A stretch of 64,000 nt of DNA from Chlorokybus atmophyticus (GCA_009103225.1 RHPI01001616.1:251552-315551); one strand, 5' to 3'; positions 36,280 through 47,753 are shown, counted from the stretch's first letter. The notes: generated by a model not told the origin, from the sequence alone. Made by a program: numbers and translations.

Positions 36280-39035
36280 ACATCGAGCTAGTGACACCGA
36301 GCCGGTGTTCCGACGGCATTACAGGCTCTTCAAGTTGGAGAAGGATCCGGTGGAACAGAGATGTAAGGCTCTGATAAATACAGGCCTCATTAAGGAGTCC
36401 ACATCGGACTTTGCAGCCGCAACAGTTATGCCATTGACGAAGAATTCAGCAGGCAACCCAACAGAACGGCGCATGTGCGGCGACTATCGCCCCCTCAACA
36501 ACAAGAGGGCATCATTAACGATGTAGGAGACTGCACAGTCTTTGGTATCCTCGACATGCGCCAAGGATACAACCAAATCGCCATCAAGGACGAGGACAAG
36601 CACAAGACCTCCTTCTACGGCAACCGACAGTTGTACTAGTGGAAGGTGATGCCGTTTGGACTAAAGAATGCCCCCCCGCCAAGTTCCAGCTTGTCATGGA
36701 CAAAGCCTTGAAGGGGCTGAACTTTGCGCGGTACTACATCGACGACATTCTCATCATTAGCCGTAGCAATGAAAAGCACTTACATTACATCGAGGAGGTG
36801 CTGAAGAGGCTCAAGGGAGTGGGGATGACTGTGCACCTGAGAAGTGCACCTTCTTCACTCACAAGGTACCCTACTTGAGGCTCATGATTGTGCCCCCACG
36901 GTGTGTACGTACAATAGGCAAAGGTGGAGGCCCTAGCAGCTATCCCTGGTCCAACGGACCTCACGCGCCTGCGCGCAATCTTGGGCCTTGCCAACTATTA
37001 TCGCGGCTCGTGAAGGACTTCGCGAAGATAGGGCCCCGTAACGAGCTACTGAAGAAGGATGTGGAGTTCATGTGGAAGGAGCGCAACAGCAGGCCTTCGA
37101 GGAGCTAAAAAGCAGGCTCACTATAGGACCCATTCTTTAACGCTCTGACTACACTAAGCCTTTCATCCTTCACACAGACTGGAGCAAGCTCGGGATGGGA
37201 GCCGTGTTGGTGCAGCACAATGAGAACAGGAAGGAGCGGGTGGTGTTATACGCCAGCCGGAGCAACAACAGTGCCGAGGCCATTTACAGCAGCTACGAGG
37301 GAGAGTGCCACGCTGCATTGTGGGCTATCTACTTCTTCTGGCCCTTCCTCTTCGGCCGACAACTTCAATTGATCACCGATCATCAGCCACTTAAGTGGTT
37401 GATGACCACCTGACATTTGACAGAGAAAGTTGCCCGTTGAGCCCTGCTATTGCAAGAGCATGACTTTACGATTGACCACGGCGCTGGCCTCACCAACCAA
37501 GACACTGATGGACTTCGTCGTAACCCCCACTAGAGCATCAACGATGCAATTGGCGCTCGGCATGAGCATGGCCCTGCATCATTTGGTACGACACTGGTTG
37601 CCATGTTTGCTGTCGCCGCTTTGCGCTTAGAGCTCAAGACCGACGCCGGTGCCTCAGCAACAACTGAAGAGATGCATGTTCATGAGCCAACCAACCCCGC
37701 AACTACTGCACCCGCAGGGACCACTCGCGGTGGCGACCTCGAGGTCGATGACACAGAGCTGGCACCCATCGACACCAGGCAGGACATGGCTAGACAAGCC
37801 ATCCCTCTCCTTCCTTCAAAGTTGTCACCTTCCCTTTGGTTCGAGTGCGCGTGAGAAGGACCGCGTCAACGAATGCACCCAGCACTACCGCTGGGCGGTT
37901 GACAAGCTGCATCGTCGCCTTCATGGTGAAGACAAGGAGGTGCCGTCCTCACGCGAAGGCATCATCACTGCCCTCCACGCTGAGCTTGGACACTTCGGTG
38001 TCAAGCACACAGTTAGCTTGATAAGGGCACAGTACTGGTGGCATGGGTTGTACAAGCAGGTGCAGGAGTTTGTAAGTCACTGTCAATAGTGTGACATAGT
38101 GCGCGCCAGCCTCAACACGTGCAGCGCCACATTACACCCTCTTCCCATCTCCGGTCTCTTCAATCAATGGGGACGCGACATCTTTGGAGACTTAGCACCC
38201 TCAACACGCAACAATCGCTACAAGTAGTAGTGATCGAGCATTTCTCCAAGTGGGTGGAGCTGGTGCCACTACTTGACAAAAGCAGTACGGGGTGGCTCAA
38301 GCCTTCCTCTCTCATGTCCTCAGCCGGTTCGACGGCTGAGCAGAGGTCATCACCGACCAAGGCACTGAGTTCAGAGGGGAGTTCGACACTCTCTTGGACA
38401 GGTGCAACATCAATCATCAATCACCGTACCTCGCGTGACCCCCCCAAGCCGACGGTCTCGTTGAGCGCACGGTGCAGACCATCAAGAAGGCACTCCGCAA
38501 TTATAAGCTTAAATACGACAAGAACACCTAAGATGACCACCTCCCATGGGTGGCTCTTGGATATTGACTGTCAAAGCACGCAGCTCTGCGCGAGTATAGC
38601 CCGAACTGCTTACTGTTCGGGCGACCGTCGCTGCTTCCTTTTCGTGCACAAAATGAGGTGAATCGCGTGGTGAACAACCTCGACGACCCTGACTGTATGC
38701 ATTATGACATTATCATGCGCGCAACACTGGTTAAGCGCACAGTTCTTGTGGCCTTTAAGAACTTGCGCATCGCGCAGCACCGCGACACGCAACACTACGA
38801 GCGCGTGCGCAGCGGCTTCTACAAGGAGCGCCGACGCCGGTTTCAAGCGGGAGACTTCGTCTACCGTATAGAAGCCATCAAGGACACGCTTGACACCTCC
38901 ATTGGCCGCACGGTCTACAAGGTGCTCAAGGTGTACCCCACAGGGGAACTGGACCTCCTTGGCCTTGGCGAGAGGTTGAAGAACAGCATGGTGAACTGCG
39001 CGCTGTGTCACCTCCCTTACGTAGTAGGGTTCTGA
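36280..39035 (+). pseudogene. RT-RNase H-integrase of element A
   Basis: FRRHYRL, RRMCGDYRPLN, YYIDDILII, HTDWS-LGMGAVL, YASRSNN-AE, ITDHQPLKWL, HAELGHFGVK...YWW, IEHFSKWVE, TDQGTEF and RIAQHRDT..Y..VRSG. Confidence 0.9.
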
Positions 39036-39071
39036 CGAATTAAGCACCCTCACCCTGCCCGCAGCACGCAT

Positions 39072-39206
39072 CGCGAGCGCTGCGGCAGCGCCAATGACGA
39101 CTCATTCATGATGCTCTGTGATGGCTGCAACAAGGGCCTGCATTGCTATTGTTTGGAGCCCCCAATAAATGCGGTACTCATGGAGGAGTACTGGTGTGAT
39201 AACTGC
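39072..39206 (+). other. PHD finger coding segment at the 3' end of pol in element A
   Basis: (R)ERCGSANDDSFMMLCDGCNKGLHCYCLEPPINAVLMEEYWCDNC gives a C4-H-C3 pattern, with the first Cys mutated (CGC). Confidence 0.92.
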
Positions 39207-39282
39207 CGCGCTGACGGCCCTCCACACTCATGTTGAACACTGAGCTCTGGAGAGAAACCTCCTCAAAGCCTCAGGAGGGGTG

Positions 39283-40212
39283 GCTTGTTTACTGTGTGTC
39301 CTACAGCACAGCATGTGTACCAAGGAGGAGATTCTCTCCACGTGTCCGCACCACTCCACATCAGCGGACGTGCTCCAACAAGCATCTACTGCTGCATGAG
39401 ACAACGTGACCCACGACTCTCCTCGACCCAACAGTTGTCATGCCCATTGTCCTCGTGTGCCAACCTGCATTGGGCATGCTTCCATCAAGACCCTCGCCCA
39501 AACTATCAGCATACCGACCCGCAAGCGTCACTAACTAGTAGCTAGACCATGACCTTCGATTAGCTCATCACCGTAGCCTACATAAGCACCGCGCGTAGCT
39601 GTTCAATTGTGAATTTTGTTTTATGTTATGTTCTATATCAAGTGGGAGTTCCTTGTGGGAACAACCCCGATATGATCGTTAGATTGTATTCTGAACAGTC
39701 ATGACTTGTATAAGCAGTCGCGGTGTTTACCGCATCAGCTGGTGACACTGTGAGAAAGCTAAGAGCTTGTGAAGCGACTTGTATTACGCCGTCCCGGTTA
39801 CCAAGAATACCCTCACCGTGTGAGAGTGTACATGCTCGTGTGCACTGTGCTTGTCATTGCTGTGAGCTTGGTGCGCTTGGTTGCGATGTGCTTGTTGGCA
39901 TCAGTCAAGGCATAGCATCCACGTTGCTTGCTCATTCACCTCACTTGATAGTGTAACACGTTTTCCACTCATGCAAAGAACTGTGTAAACAGCACTACCT
40001 ATGGTAGTATCTTATTGACTGTGTGTCTCACAGCATGTATACTGAGGAGGAGGTTCACTCCACATCAGCGGACGTGCTCCAGGAAGGATCTACTGCTGCA
40101 CGAGATAACGCAACCCTCGACTGTCCGCACCACTCCACATCAGCGGACGTTCTCCAAGAAGCACCTACTGCTGCATGAGACAACGTGACCCTCGACTCTG
40201 CTCGACCCGACA
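39283..40212 (+). repeat. 3' terminal repeats of element A arranged B1 (39283-39433) - A2 (39436-~40000) - B2 (~40010-40212)
   Basis: B1 and B2 share ctccacatcagcggacgtgctcc...ctactgctgcatgagacaacgtgaccc...ctcgaccc(a/g)aca. B2 has an internal ~70-bp duplication. Confidence 0.8.
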
Positions 40213-40269
40213 AACATAACCGTTACCGTCAGTGGCAAGTTGCACACACAGAGAGAGAGAGAGAGAGAG

Positions 40270-40615
40270 TGTAAAGAGACTAGAGGGGGTGTGCCCCCTC
40301 CTCCCTTTAATCCCCTACCCCAACACCACCACCAGCCACGACGCCACCGCCGCCGCCGCCAGGGGAATCCGCCGGAGCAGAAGATCCCCTGGCTATGGCG
40401 GCCGCTGCGTTAGCAGCGCCGCCATACGGCTGATATCGACATGAGACTCATGTCTCATGTCGATATCAGTGTTACAATTAAGTAACACTACATTAGGGCC
40501 TTAACACTAGGTTAACGGCCCTAATATAGCTTAATAGACTGTATAATCCCGTTGGGACCCTTATTTAATCCTAAATAAGGGCGGGGAACCTCTATGGAGG
40601 TAGCACACCGTTACA
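40270..40615 (-). repeat. 3' LTR of chromovirus 2
   Basis: Reverse-complement homolog of 16185-16523, TGTAAC..TTACA. Confidence 0.95.
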
Positions 40616-40737
40616 TTCCCCCCCACTTAGGTTTCAATGTCCTCATTGAAGGGTTAGCAAAGCCCCACCACGAGTAAAGAAACGAAAGCAGTGAGAGAAC
40701 CAGGGCCGAAACGGTAAAGATGTCTGCCAGCACCCTT

Positions 40738-43700
40738 TTACCGTTCGCGTGTGGACACCGTACTCCAGTACCCCCGAAGAATCTTTTGGCAGTTGGTAAG
40801 ATTCCTTTCGGGCTCCCATGTATTGTGTTCAACACCATACCCTTTCCATTTCACCAAGTAAGACGGCGCGCGTCCGCGCCGAGGCTTACGATGACTTAGG
40901 ACTGCTTCCACCTCATACTCGAAAGTATCGTCGCCATCCACTGCAACGGGGGGTGGAGGAGGTTGAACCCGACCGTCAGAACGATACGGTTTCATTACAC
41001 TCACGTGAAACACATTGTGAATGCGTATTGACTTTGGCAATTCCAAACGATACGCGTGAGTGCCGACCCGATCAATTACCTTGAAAGGGCCTATCCAGCG
41101 AGGGAAAAACTTGCGGGTACCCACTCCCTTAATGGATATGTTTTTGGTACTTAAAAGCACCGAACAGCCCACATCGTAGCTGGCCTCTCTACGATGCGCA
41201 TCAGCATGGGCTTTTTGTCTGTCTTGCGCTGCGCGCAGACAGTCCTTTGCCAGCGCTAGCCTATCCTGCATGGCCGAAGCCATCTCGCGTGCTGCAGGTA
41301 CGCGAGTTATGTCGGTAGCGGGCAACTTGATGTTCGCAGGACTTAGTGGATGCACTCCGTAGTTCAAGAAAAACGGAGTTTCCTGCACACTCTCTTGCCA
41401 AGCATTGTTAATCGCAAACTCAGCCATTGGGAGATAGATATCCCAGTCAGACTGGTTTGGACTCACATAATGCCGAATGGTTTCCTCAATCACTTGATTG
41501 GCGCGCTCTGTCTGACCATCCGTTTGTGGATGATAAGCTGTGCTCATGTTCTGCTGAATATGTAAGAAGCTGCATAGCGACTTCCAGAACTGAGACACAA
41601 ATCGCGGATCGCGATCAGACACAAAGTTGCGAGGCAAACCATGCAACTTAAACACAGAGGCGACAAAAACCATCGCTAACTCACGGGAGCCTATTTCCGT
41701 GCGGCAAGGGACGATGTGAACCATTTTTGTTAAACGGTCCACAAAAACTGCAACCGCTGTGTGCCCTAATGCTGTCTCAGGGAGCTCAACAATCAGGTCC
41801 ATACTCACACTTTCCCACTTGCCATCAGGAACAGGCAAAGGTCGCAGCAACCCAGCGGGTTTCTGACGTAACGGTTTGTCACGCTGACATTTGTCACACG
41901 TGTCAACATATTGCTTTACGTCAACAGGCAACGATGGCCACCAGTACAACTGTTGCGCTGCCTTAGTAGTCTTGCGACCCCCAAAGTGCCCAGCGTACGG
42001 TGGATCGTGTACTTCAGCTATGCATTTCATGCGCAACCCAGCATGGTTAGGTATCACCAAGCAGGCGCCCATATAATACAAGTTGTCTCGTTTGTTAAGC
42101 TGTTGCACATTCCCTTGCATCGAGAACCATGGGTCCAAAATATACCCCTGTAAAACAGCTTGTACAAACTCATCATTAGGAGGCAATGTACCTTGCGTCG
42201 CAAGCAAGTGCGCACGCATAACTGCCAACAATGACGGACAGCGACTCAAAGGATCTGCCACATTGGTTTTGCCCGGCCGGTATACCCATTCAAAAGTAAA
42301 CCGCGACAGAAACTCATTCCAGCGAGCTTGCCTACGCGACAAGTTTAGCTGTGTTGAGAAGTACACCAATGGGTTGTGATCAGTCACTACTGTGAACTGA
42401 ACTCCTTCCAAGTAGCATCGCCAAGTTTCAAGAGCATGCACTATACCCAGCAACTCTTGCTCAGTAGTAGTGTAATTCACCTCTGCTGGGATGAATTTTC
42501 TACTCTCATAAGCACATGGCCTGCTATCCTGTAGCAATACTGCACCACACCCTAGGGTGGAGGCATCGCTCACCACAGTGAAGCGCTTATCCCAATTTGG
42601 CAGTGCCAACACTGGTGCTGAGGTTAAAGCCAGCTTCACTTGTTGCATAGCAGCTTCCTGTGCTGCTGTCCAAGAGAATGGGGCATCTTTTCGCAATAGT
42701 TTTGTTAAGGGCATCACAGCCGTAGAGTACCCCATCATAAACTTGCGAAAATAGTTTGCCAACCCCAAGAATGATCGCAACTGATGGATATTCTTTGGTT
42801 GAGGCCAATCCTTTACCACTTGCACTTTGCGAGGGTCAGGTTTGACACCCGCACCACTCACAATATGCCCCAAGAATGGCAACTCTGTCTTGCCAAAGTC
42901 ACACTTTGGCAAGTTGGCAAACAAGCGATGTGTTCGCAGTAAAGCAAACACCGCTTCCAGATGCTTTCTGTGCTCCTCTTTTGTTTTACTGAAGACAATG
43001 ATGTCATCCAAGTAAACCATAACATGCTTGCCAAGCATGTTATCAAAGATCTTATTCATTTCCTTCTGAAACACCGCAGGTGCATTTGTCAATCCAAAAG
43101 GTAACACTTTGTATTGATAATGACCTGAAGGTGTTCTGAATGCTGTCTTGTAAACATCAGAAGGGTGAATACGGATTTGATGGTAACCGCTTGTCAAGTC
43201 TAGCGTACTGAAGTACGCATTACCCGACAGTTTATCAAACACATCATCAATCCGTGGTAACGGGTATCGATTCTTTACCGTAATCTTGTTTAGAGCACGA
43301 TAATCTACACACATGCGCAATTTCCCATTCTTTTTCATCACAAACAAGATGGGTGCGCCAAAGGGTGAAGAACTCGGTTCAATCAATCCCTTTTCCAATA
43401 ACTCTTTGATTTGAGTTTCCATTTCCCCCCTCTCATTGGGGCTCAGCCTATATATTGGCCGAAATGGAGGCTCACTATCAGGAATCAGTGGTATGGTGTG
43501 TCCGACACCTCGATCAGGGGGTAAGCCTGGCAACTCATCTGAGAATATGTCCTGATACTTTTCAATGATGTCTGCAACACCTGCCGTACTGCCTGGCACA
43601 AAGTCATCAGATGACGTTAAGTGCACAAGGAAAGCCGGTGTGTTTTTACGCAACGCACGCTTCACCTGAAGTGCACTGAGAAGCGCAGGGTCTGTTTGCT

Positions 43701-44496
43701 TGTGTTCCAAGCTATGCGACCCTTTTACAGACAACGTTACACGCTTACGACCCTTTTTCACTGTGCACAACCGTGCACCAGTATCCAATGTCATTTTAAC
43801 ATTGTCCTGCCATTCCTGTCCTAGTACCACATCAACACCCATTATGTTGATGGACACCACTATGAAGGTGAGATTGGCATGATAATTACCAATCTTTACC
43901 TTCATTTTGATTTCTCCTTTCACTGGTAACGTACCCCCAGCACCGGCAGCTGAAAATGCTGAGGGTTTACACGCTACTTTATTGCGCACAACCCATTGTT
44001 CCTCAATAAAATTGTGCGTTGCACCAGTGTCAATCAAGAACGAACTGGTTATTCCCTGCATTGTGCCACTAAATGTCCACAACAGAGGCACAACCCGTCC
44101 TTGAAATGTAGCCAAGAGTCCGTGACTAATGCGAGGGTTGAGTAAAATTGCTGACAATCGCACTGTCCCTGTTTCACGCTTGCTAAATTGCTTTAACACA
44201 GTTCCCCCTCGAGTATGTTTCAACCATGGGCCATGATACTTAGGCACCATTACTACCACACTCAAAGTTCTGTGTTTACTTTGCAACTCAGTCAAAGTGT
44301 GCAACACATTGGTAAGCATGTTAAATTCCACATGTACCAACACACAAGCATTCTCTTCCACTTTTGCAACGTCAAAAAGTGGCAACTTGCTATGTGTTTG
44401 CCATGCGTGTGTCATTACATGCACTTGGGACAGCTCATCAAACCAGTTTGCTAATAACACAAGCAACTGGCCATCAACCACTTTTACATCAGTCAC
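40738..44496 (-). CDS. pol: Pol polyprotein (unassigned N-terminal domain, PR, RT, RNase H, IN, chromodomain), 1252 aa uninterrupted
   Basis: LIDTGA, YLDDII, SDAS-LGCGAVL, HDPPYAGH/CDKC, SDRDPRF, GQTERAN and YEVEAVLSHR...YLVKWKGYGVEHNTWEP. In frame with gag beyond a single TAG. Confidence 0.97.
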   Translation of the reverse strand: MTDVKVVDGQLLVLLANWFDELSQVHVMTHAWQTHSKLPLFDVAKVEENACVLVHVEFNMLTNVLHTLTELQSKHRTLSVVVMVPKYHGPWLKHTRGGTVLKQFSKRETGTVRLSAILLNPRISHGLLATFQGRVVPLLWTFSGTMQGITSSFLIDTGATHNFIEEQWVVRNKVACKPSAFSAAGAGGTLPVKGEIKMKVKIGNYHANLTFIVVSINIMGVDVVLGQEWQDNVKMTLDTGARLCTVKKGRKRVTLSVKGSHSLEHKQTDPALLSALQVKRALRKNTPAFLVHLTSSDDFVPGSTAGVADIIEKYQDIFSDELPGLPPDRGVGHTIPLIPDSEPPFRPIYRLSPNERGEMETQIKELLEKGLIEPSSSPFGAPILFVMKKNGKLRMCVDYRALNKITVKNRYPLPRIDDVFDKLSGNAYFSTLDLTSGYHQIRIHPSDVYKTAFRTPSGHYQYKVLPFGLTNAPAVFQKEMNKIFDNMLGKHVMVYLDDIIVFSKTKEEHRKHLEAVFALLRTHRLFANLPKCDFGKTELPFLGHIVSGAGVKPDPRKVQVVKDWPQPKNIHQLRSFLGLANYFRKFMMGYSTAVMPLTKLLRKDAPFSWTAAQEAAMQQVKLALTSAPVLALPNWDKRFTVVSDASTLGCGAVLLQDSRPCAYESRKFIPAEVNYTTTEQELLGIVHALETWRCYLEGVQFTVVTDHNPLVYFSTQLNLSRRQARWNEFLSRFTFEWVYRPGKTNVADPLSRCPSLLAVMRAHLLATQGTLPPNDEFVQAVLQGYILDPWFSMQGNVQQLNKRDNLYYMGACLVIPNHAGLRMKCIAEVHDPPYAGHFGGRKTTKAAQQLYWWPSLPVDVKQYVDTCDKCQRDKPLRQKPAGLLRPLPVPDGKWESVSMDLIVELPETALGHTAVAVFVDRLTKMVHIVPCRTEIGSRELAMVFVASVFKLHGLPRNFVSDRDPRFVSQFWKSLCSFLHIQQNMSTAYHPQTDGQTERANQVIEETIRHYVSPNQSDWDIYLPMAEFAINNAWQESVQETPFFLNYGVHPLSPANIKLPATDITRVPAAREMASAMQDRLALAKDCLRAAQDRQKAHADAHRREASYDVGCSVLLSTKNISIKGVGTRKFFPRWIGPFKVIDRVGTHAYRLELPKSIRIHNVFHVSVMKPYRSDGRVQPPPPPVAVDGDDTFEYEVEAVLSHRKPRRGRAPSYLVKWKGYGVEHNTWEPERNLTNCQKILRGYWSTVSTRER

Positions 44497-44505
44497 GACG
44501 TAATC

Positions 44506-45980
44506 CTATTCAACCTTCTTGGCCTTGCCCTTCCCCTTGGTTGGGCAGTTCTTTGCAATGTGGCCAGGCTGATGACAGACGTAACAGGTGCGAGCCGCAG
44601 CAGGCGTAGCACCACCAGCAGGTGTGGCACTAGTAGAAGGACCATATGTCTTCGCCTTCTTTGCCAAGTGTGCACTCGGATGAGGGAAACGCTTCCCTCC
44701 CACCCCTGGCGGTTTGGCCGAAACTGCCACATGTGACTTGTCCTGCACCGCCGTGTCATCGTTGTATAGGTACACGCTCAGCTTCTGCAACTTGGCCAAG
44801 TCCTCGGGAACCCAAGGCAGTCCCGTTGCCGTGTTGTACTGCAGTTGATCACGCACACGCGCATCCAAGCCGCGCTTGTACAACTCAAACTGCTCGGCCT
44901 TGTCAATAGGCATGAGGCCGCTGTTGGCACGACCCACCAATGCCTGGAATTCTTGCAGATAGGCTGAAGCCGCCCGACCATTCTGTCGCAACTTGCTGAG
45001 CTTGTTACGAGCCTGAGTAGCCGGGTCCATGCCACCATAGCGTTCCGTCAGGAACTGAAACAGTGCCTCCACTGTTTTGGTAGCACCGTCCTGTGTCTGC
45101 CTCGCCCACTCGGCGAGAGCGTCAGAAGGCATGAGCAACTCAGCAACAGCAATGTGTTCACCAACGGGGCGTCTCAATGCTGTTAAATAGTGCTCAACAG
45201 TTACCACCCAGTCGTGGATACTGACGCTGCCGTTGGGCTTGAACTTCTCAGGCTTATTCAGCGCTGTGACCGGCAGACCCGCTGATCTCCAGCTGCTGAA
45301 GTAGCACCCGCCACCTGTTGGCGCAGCGCCACCAACTCAGCCTGCATAGCATCGAGGCGTGCCGTCAGCTGCACTCGGCCAGTCAACTTGTCTTCCAAGT
45401 TAGGTCCCAAGTACCAGAACACGTCCTTGCAACGCTGTGAGGTTTCCACTCCCAAGTTGGCCAAAGCCTCAAACGCCATTCGCTTGCCTTGGTAAGGGGG
45501 AGGCTTATCGTAAACAGCCATCAGAGCAGCCACCTTCGGATCACCGCGCACGAGTGGCGGAACATTGTTCGTCAGCTCGTGCTCGAGCATGCGGATCACC
45601 ATCTCCTTGCTTGCGCGAGGAAGTGTGACAAAGTCCGTCTCATAGCCATCACGAACCTTCTGAGCCCATGCATCCCATGTTTCCTTGCCAAGCTGTGGGT
45701 TGGCATCAAGCAGAGCCTTGCGCTCCTGGGCATACTTCTCAATTGCCCCGCCAATGACACTCTGAGAGTCAACTGCAGGTGGTGCCATTTCAGCGTTTAC
45801 TGCAACTGGTACACTCTGAGCAGACTGGTCGGGAGAAGCATCGCTCTCTTGCTTGTCTCCCTCCTTCTCACTGACGGTCAGCTGATAGCTCTCACTCGTG
45901 TCAGAGTAATTCACTTCCTCTTCACTTGATGGCTCATATGATGTGGACTTCTCCACATCGTCCCCTCCTTGGTCAGACAT
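44506..45980 (-). pseudogene. gag: gag of chromovirus 2 (one frameshift near 45280)
   Basis: Two ORF pieces homologous to the continuous copy-1 gag, with CCHC knuckle CYVCHQPGHIAKNC. Confidence 0.9.
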
Positions 45981-46135
45981 CTGCCCAAGAATATAAGCCG
46001 TCAATAGTTGAAGTTTGCAAGTGCACAAACACACGAGTTGTGCACTGCAAAAGTGTCAAAATCACTTGATTTTGTCTCGTCAAGTTTCAAGTGTGTTACG
46101 TGGAGTATACAGCTCAAACAAGAGCTCCCCACACA

Positions 46136-46890
46136 NNNNNNNNNNNNNNNNNNNNNNNNNNNNNNNNNNNNNNNNNNNNNNNNNNNNNNNNNNNNNNNNN
46201 NNNNNNNNNNNNNNNNNNNNNNNNNNNNNNNNNNNNNNNNNNNNNNNNNNNNNNNNNNNNNNNNNNNNNNNNNNNNNNNNNNNNNNNNNNNNNNNNNNNN
46301 NNNNNNNNNNNNNNNNNNNNNNNNNNNNNNNNNNNNNNNNNNNNNNNNNNNNNNNNNNNNNNNNNNNNNNNNNNNNNNNNNNNNNNNNNNNNNNNNNNNN
46401 NNNNNNNNNNNNNNNNNNNNNNNNNNNNNNNNNNNNNNNNNNNNNNNNNNNNNNNNNNNNNNNNNNNNNNNNNNNNNNNNNNNNNNNNNNNNNNNNNNNN
46501 NNNNNNNNNNNNNNNNNNNNNNNNNNNNNNNNNNNNNNNNNNNNNNNNNNNNNNNNNNNNNNNNNNNNNNNNNNNNNNNNNNNNNNNNNNNNNNNNNNNN
46601 NNNNNNNNNNNNNNNNNNNNNNNNNNNNNNNNNNNNNNNNNNNNNNNNNNNNNNNNNNNNNNNNNNNNNNNNNNNNNNNNNNNNNNNNNNNNNNNNNNNN
46701 NNNNNNNNNNNNNNNNNNNNNNNNNNNNNNNNNNNNNNNNNNNNNNNNNNNNNNNNNNNNNNNNNNNNNNNNNNNNNNNNNNNNNNNNNNNNNNNNNNNN
46801 NNNNNNNNNNNNNNNNNNNNNNNNNNNNNNNNNNNNNNNNNNNNNNNNNNNNNNNNNNNNNNNNNNNNNNNNNNNNNNNNNNNNNNNNNN
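46136..46890. other. Assembly gap (N run), probably hiding the 5' LTR of chromovirus 2
   Basis: Run of n between the 5' UTR of the element and (GA)n. Confidence 1.

Positions 46891-46940
<50 letters not shown>
46891..46940. repeat. (GA)n microsatellite
   Basis: Direct reading. Confidence 1.
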
Positions 46941-46942
<2 letters not shown>

Positions 46943-47399
46943 GACTTTGTTTTACGAACACAAAGTTTATAAAGTTAATGCCCCTATTCAATGTTTTTAA
47001 TGCAAAAGCGCTACATGCAAAAGCGCTACATACTATTATGTCCGCATGCCGTATGTGTAACTTCATTGCTTGATTGTTGCAACGCTGTTAACATCATCAA
47101 GGATTAAAGTGAGCCGCAATGTTCGTAAGGTTCTAAGGCCACGTAATGATTGCTTATCGTTACTTATGGCACAAGCCACGTAACTATGAGCTTTAATGAA
47201 GCAAAGGTGTTGAGATTAAGGGTAACATTGTAGGTGACAAAAACAATCGCGCCCCCGATGATGTCGAGCGGGATGGTATAAAACTGGTTTGTGTACACAC
47301 CTGACGAAAAAGCTTGCAATAGCAATAATTGCAATGATGGCGCCGAGTCTAGGGTTTGAACTACGCATGCGTTCGCAGCATGTTGCCCCCCTCATCGAT

Positions 47400-47400
<1 letters not shown>

Positions 47401-47459
<59 letters not shown>

Positions 47460-47465
47460 GCGCGC
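47401..47465. repeat. (CA)n(CG)n compound microsatellite
   Basis: Direct reading. Confidence 1.
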
Positions 47466-47753
47466 ACGTGCGCAGCCATTTCACACTGTAGGTATGTTTT
47501 TGTTACACACAAAAACGCTCCGCCTTTCAGAATGGAAAGGACACAAAAGGTCTGGTTGAATTAAGCTTTGCATGTAGTGCCGATCAACAACCTGGTTGGT
47601 GTGATCAGCATGCATGCAAGCTGTTGGGAAGATGATGTATCGATGAAGGTTTATAATGCACGCAAAGCATGTCACCAATTGAGCGGCTGTAACTGGCAGT
47701 TTGAAAGGCTGGCGAGAAATTTCCGACCTGCACGGAGGGACTACTCTCTCTCT

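Larger units (their letters stand above)
28143..40212 (+). mobile_element. Decayed Ty3/Gypsy retrotransposon carrying a C5 DNA methyltransferase and a PHD finger (element A)
   Basis: Termini TGTCATG...CGACA with a probable 4-bp TSD AACG/AACA. Direct repeats at 28143-28718 and 39436-40000. Internal order is gag remnants, DNMT, RT (MCGDYRPLN, YYIDDILI), RNase H, integrase (HAELGHFG, IEHFSKW, TDQGTEF) and PHD. Many stops and frameshifts. Confidence 0.88.
40270..46135 (-). mobile_element. Ty3/Gypsy chromovirus (copy 2, same family as 9102-16523); 5' LTR lost in the assembly gap
   Basis: 3' LTR 40270-40615, PPT 40616-40628, intact pol, and a gag with one frameshift. Both visible flanks (40251-40269 and 46891-46940) are (GA)n. 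Confidence 0.96.

Noticed and set aside
2940-44512. Recurrent in-frame TAG codons suggesting UAG reassignment (e.g. to Gln, as in some ulvophytes)
   Set aside because: The aligned residues in paralogs differ (Ser, Glu, Gln, Trp), the copies also carry frameshifts, and the intact host gene and the 1252-aa pol contain no internal TAG/TAA. Ordinary decay explains them.
46008-47066. Long ORFs of about 300 aa in the ORF track
   Set aside because: They consist of N-gap and (GA)n translation. The same applies to the ORFs at 60996-61560.
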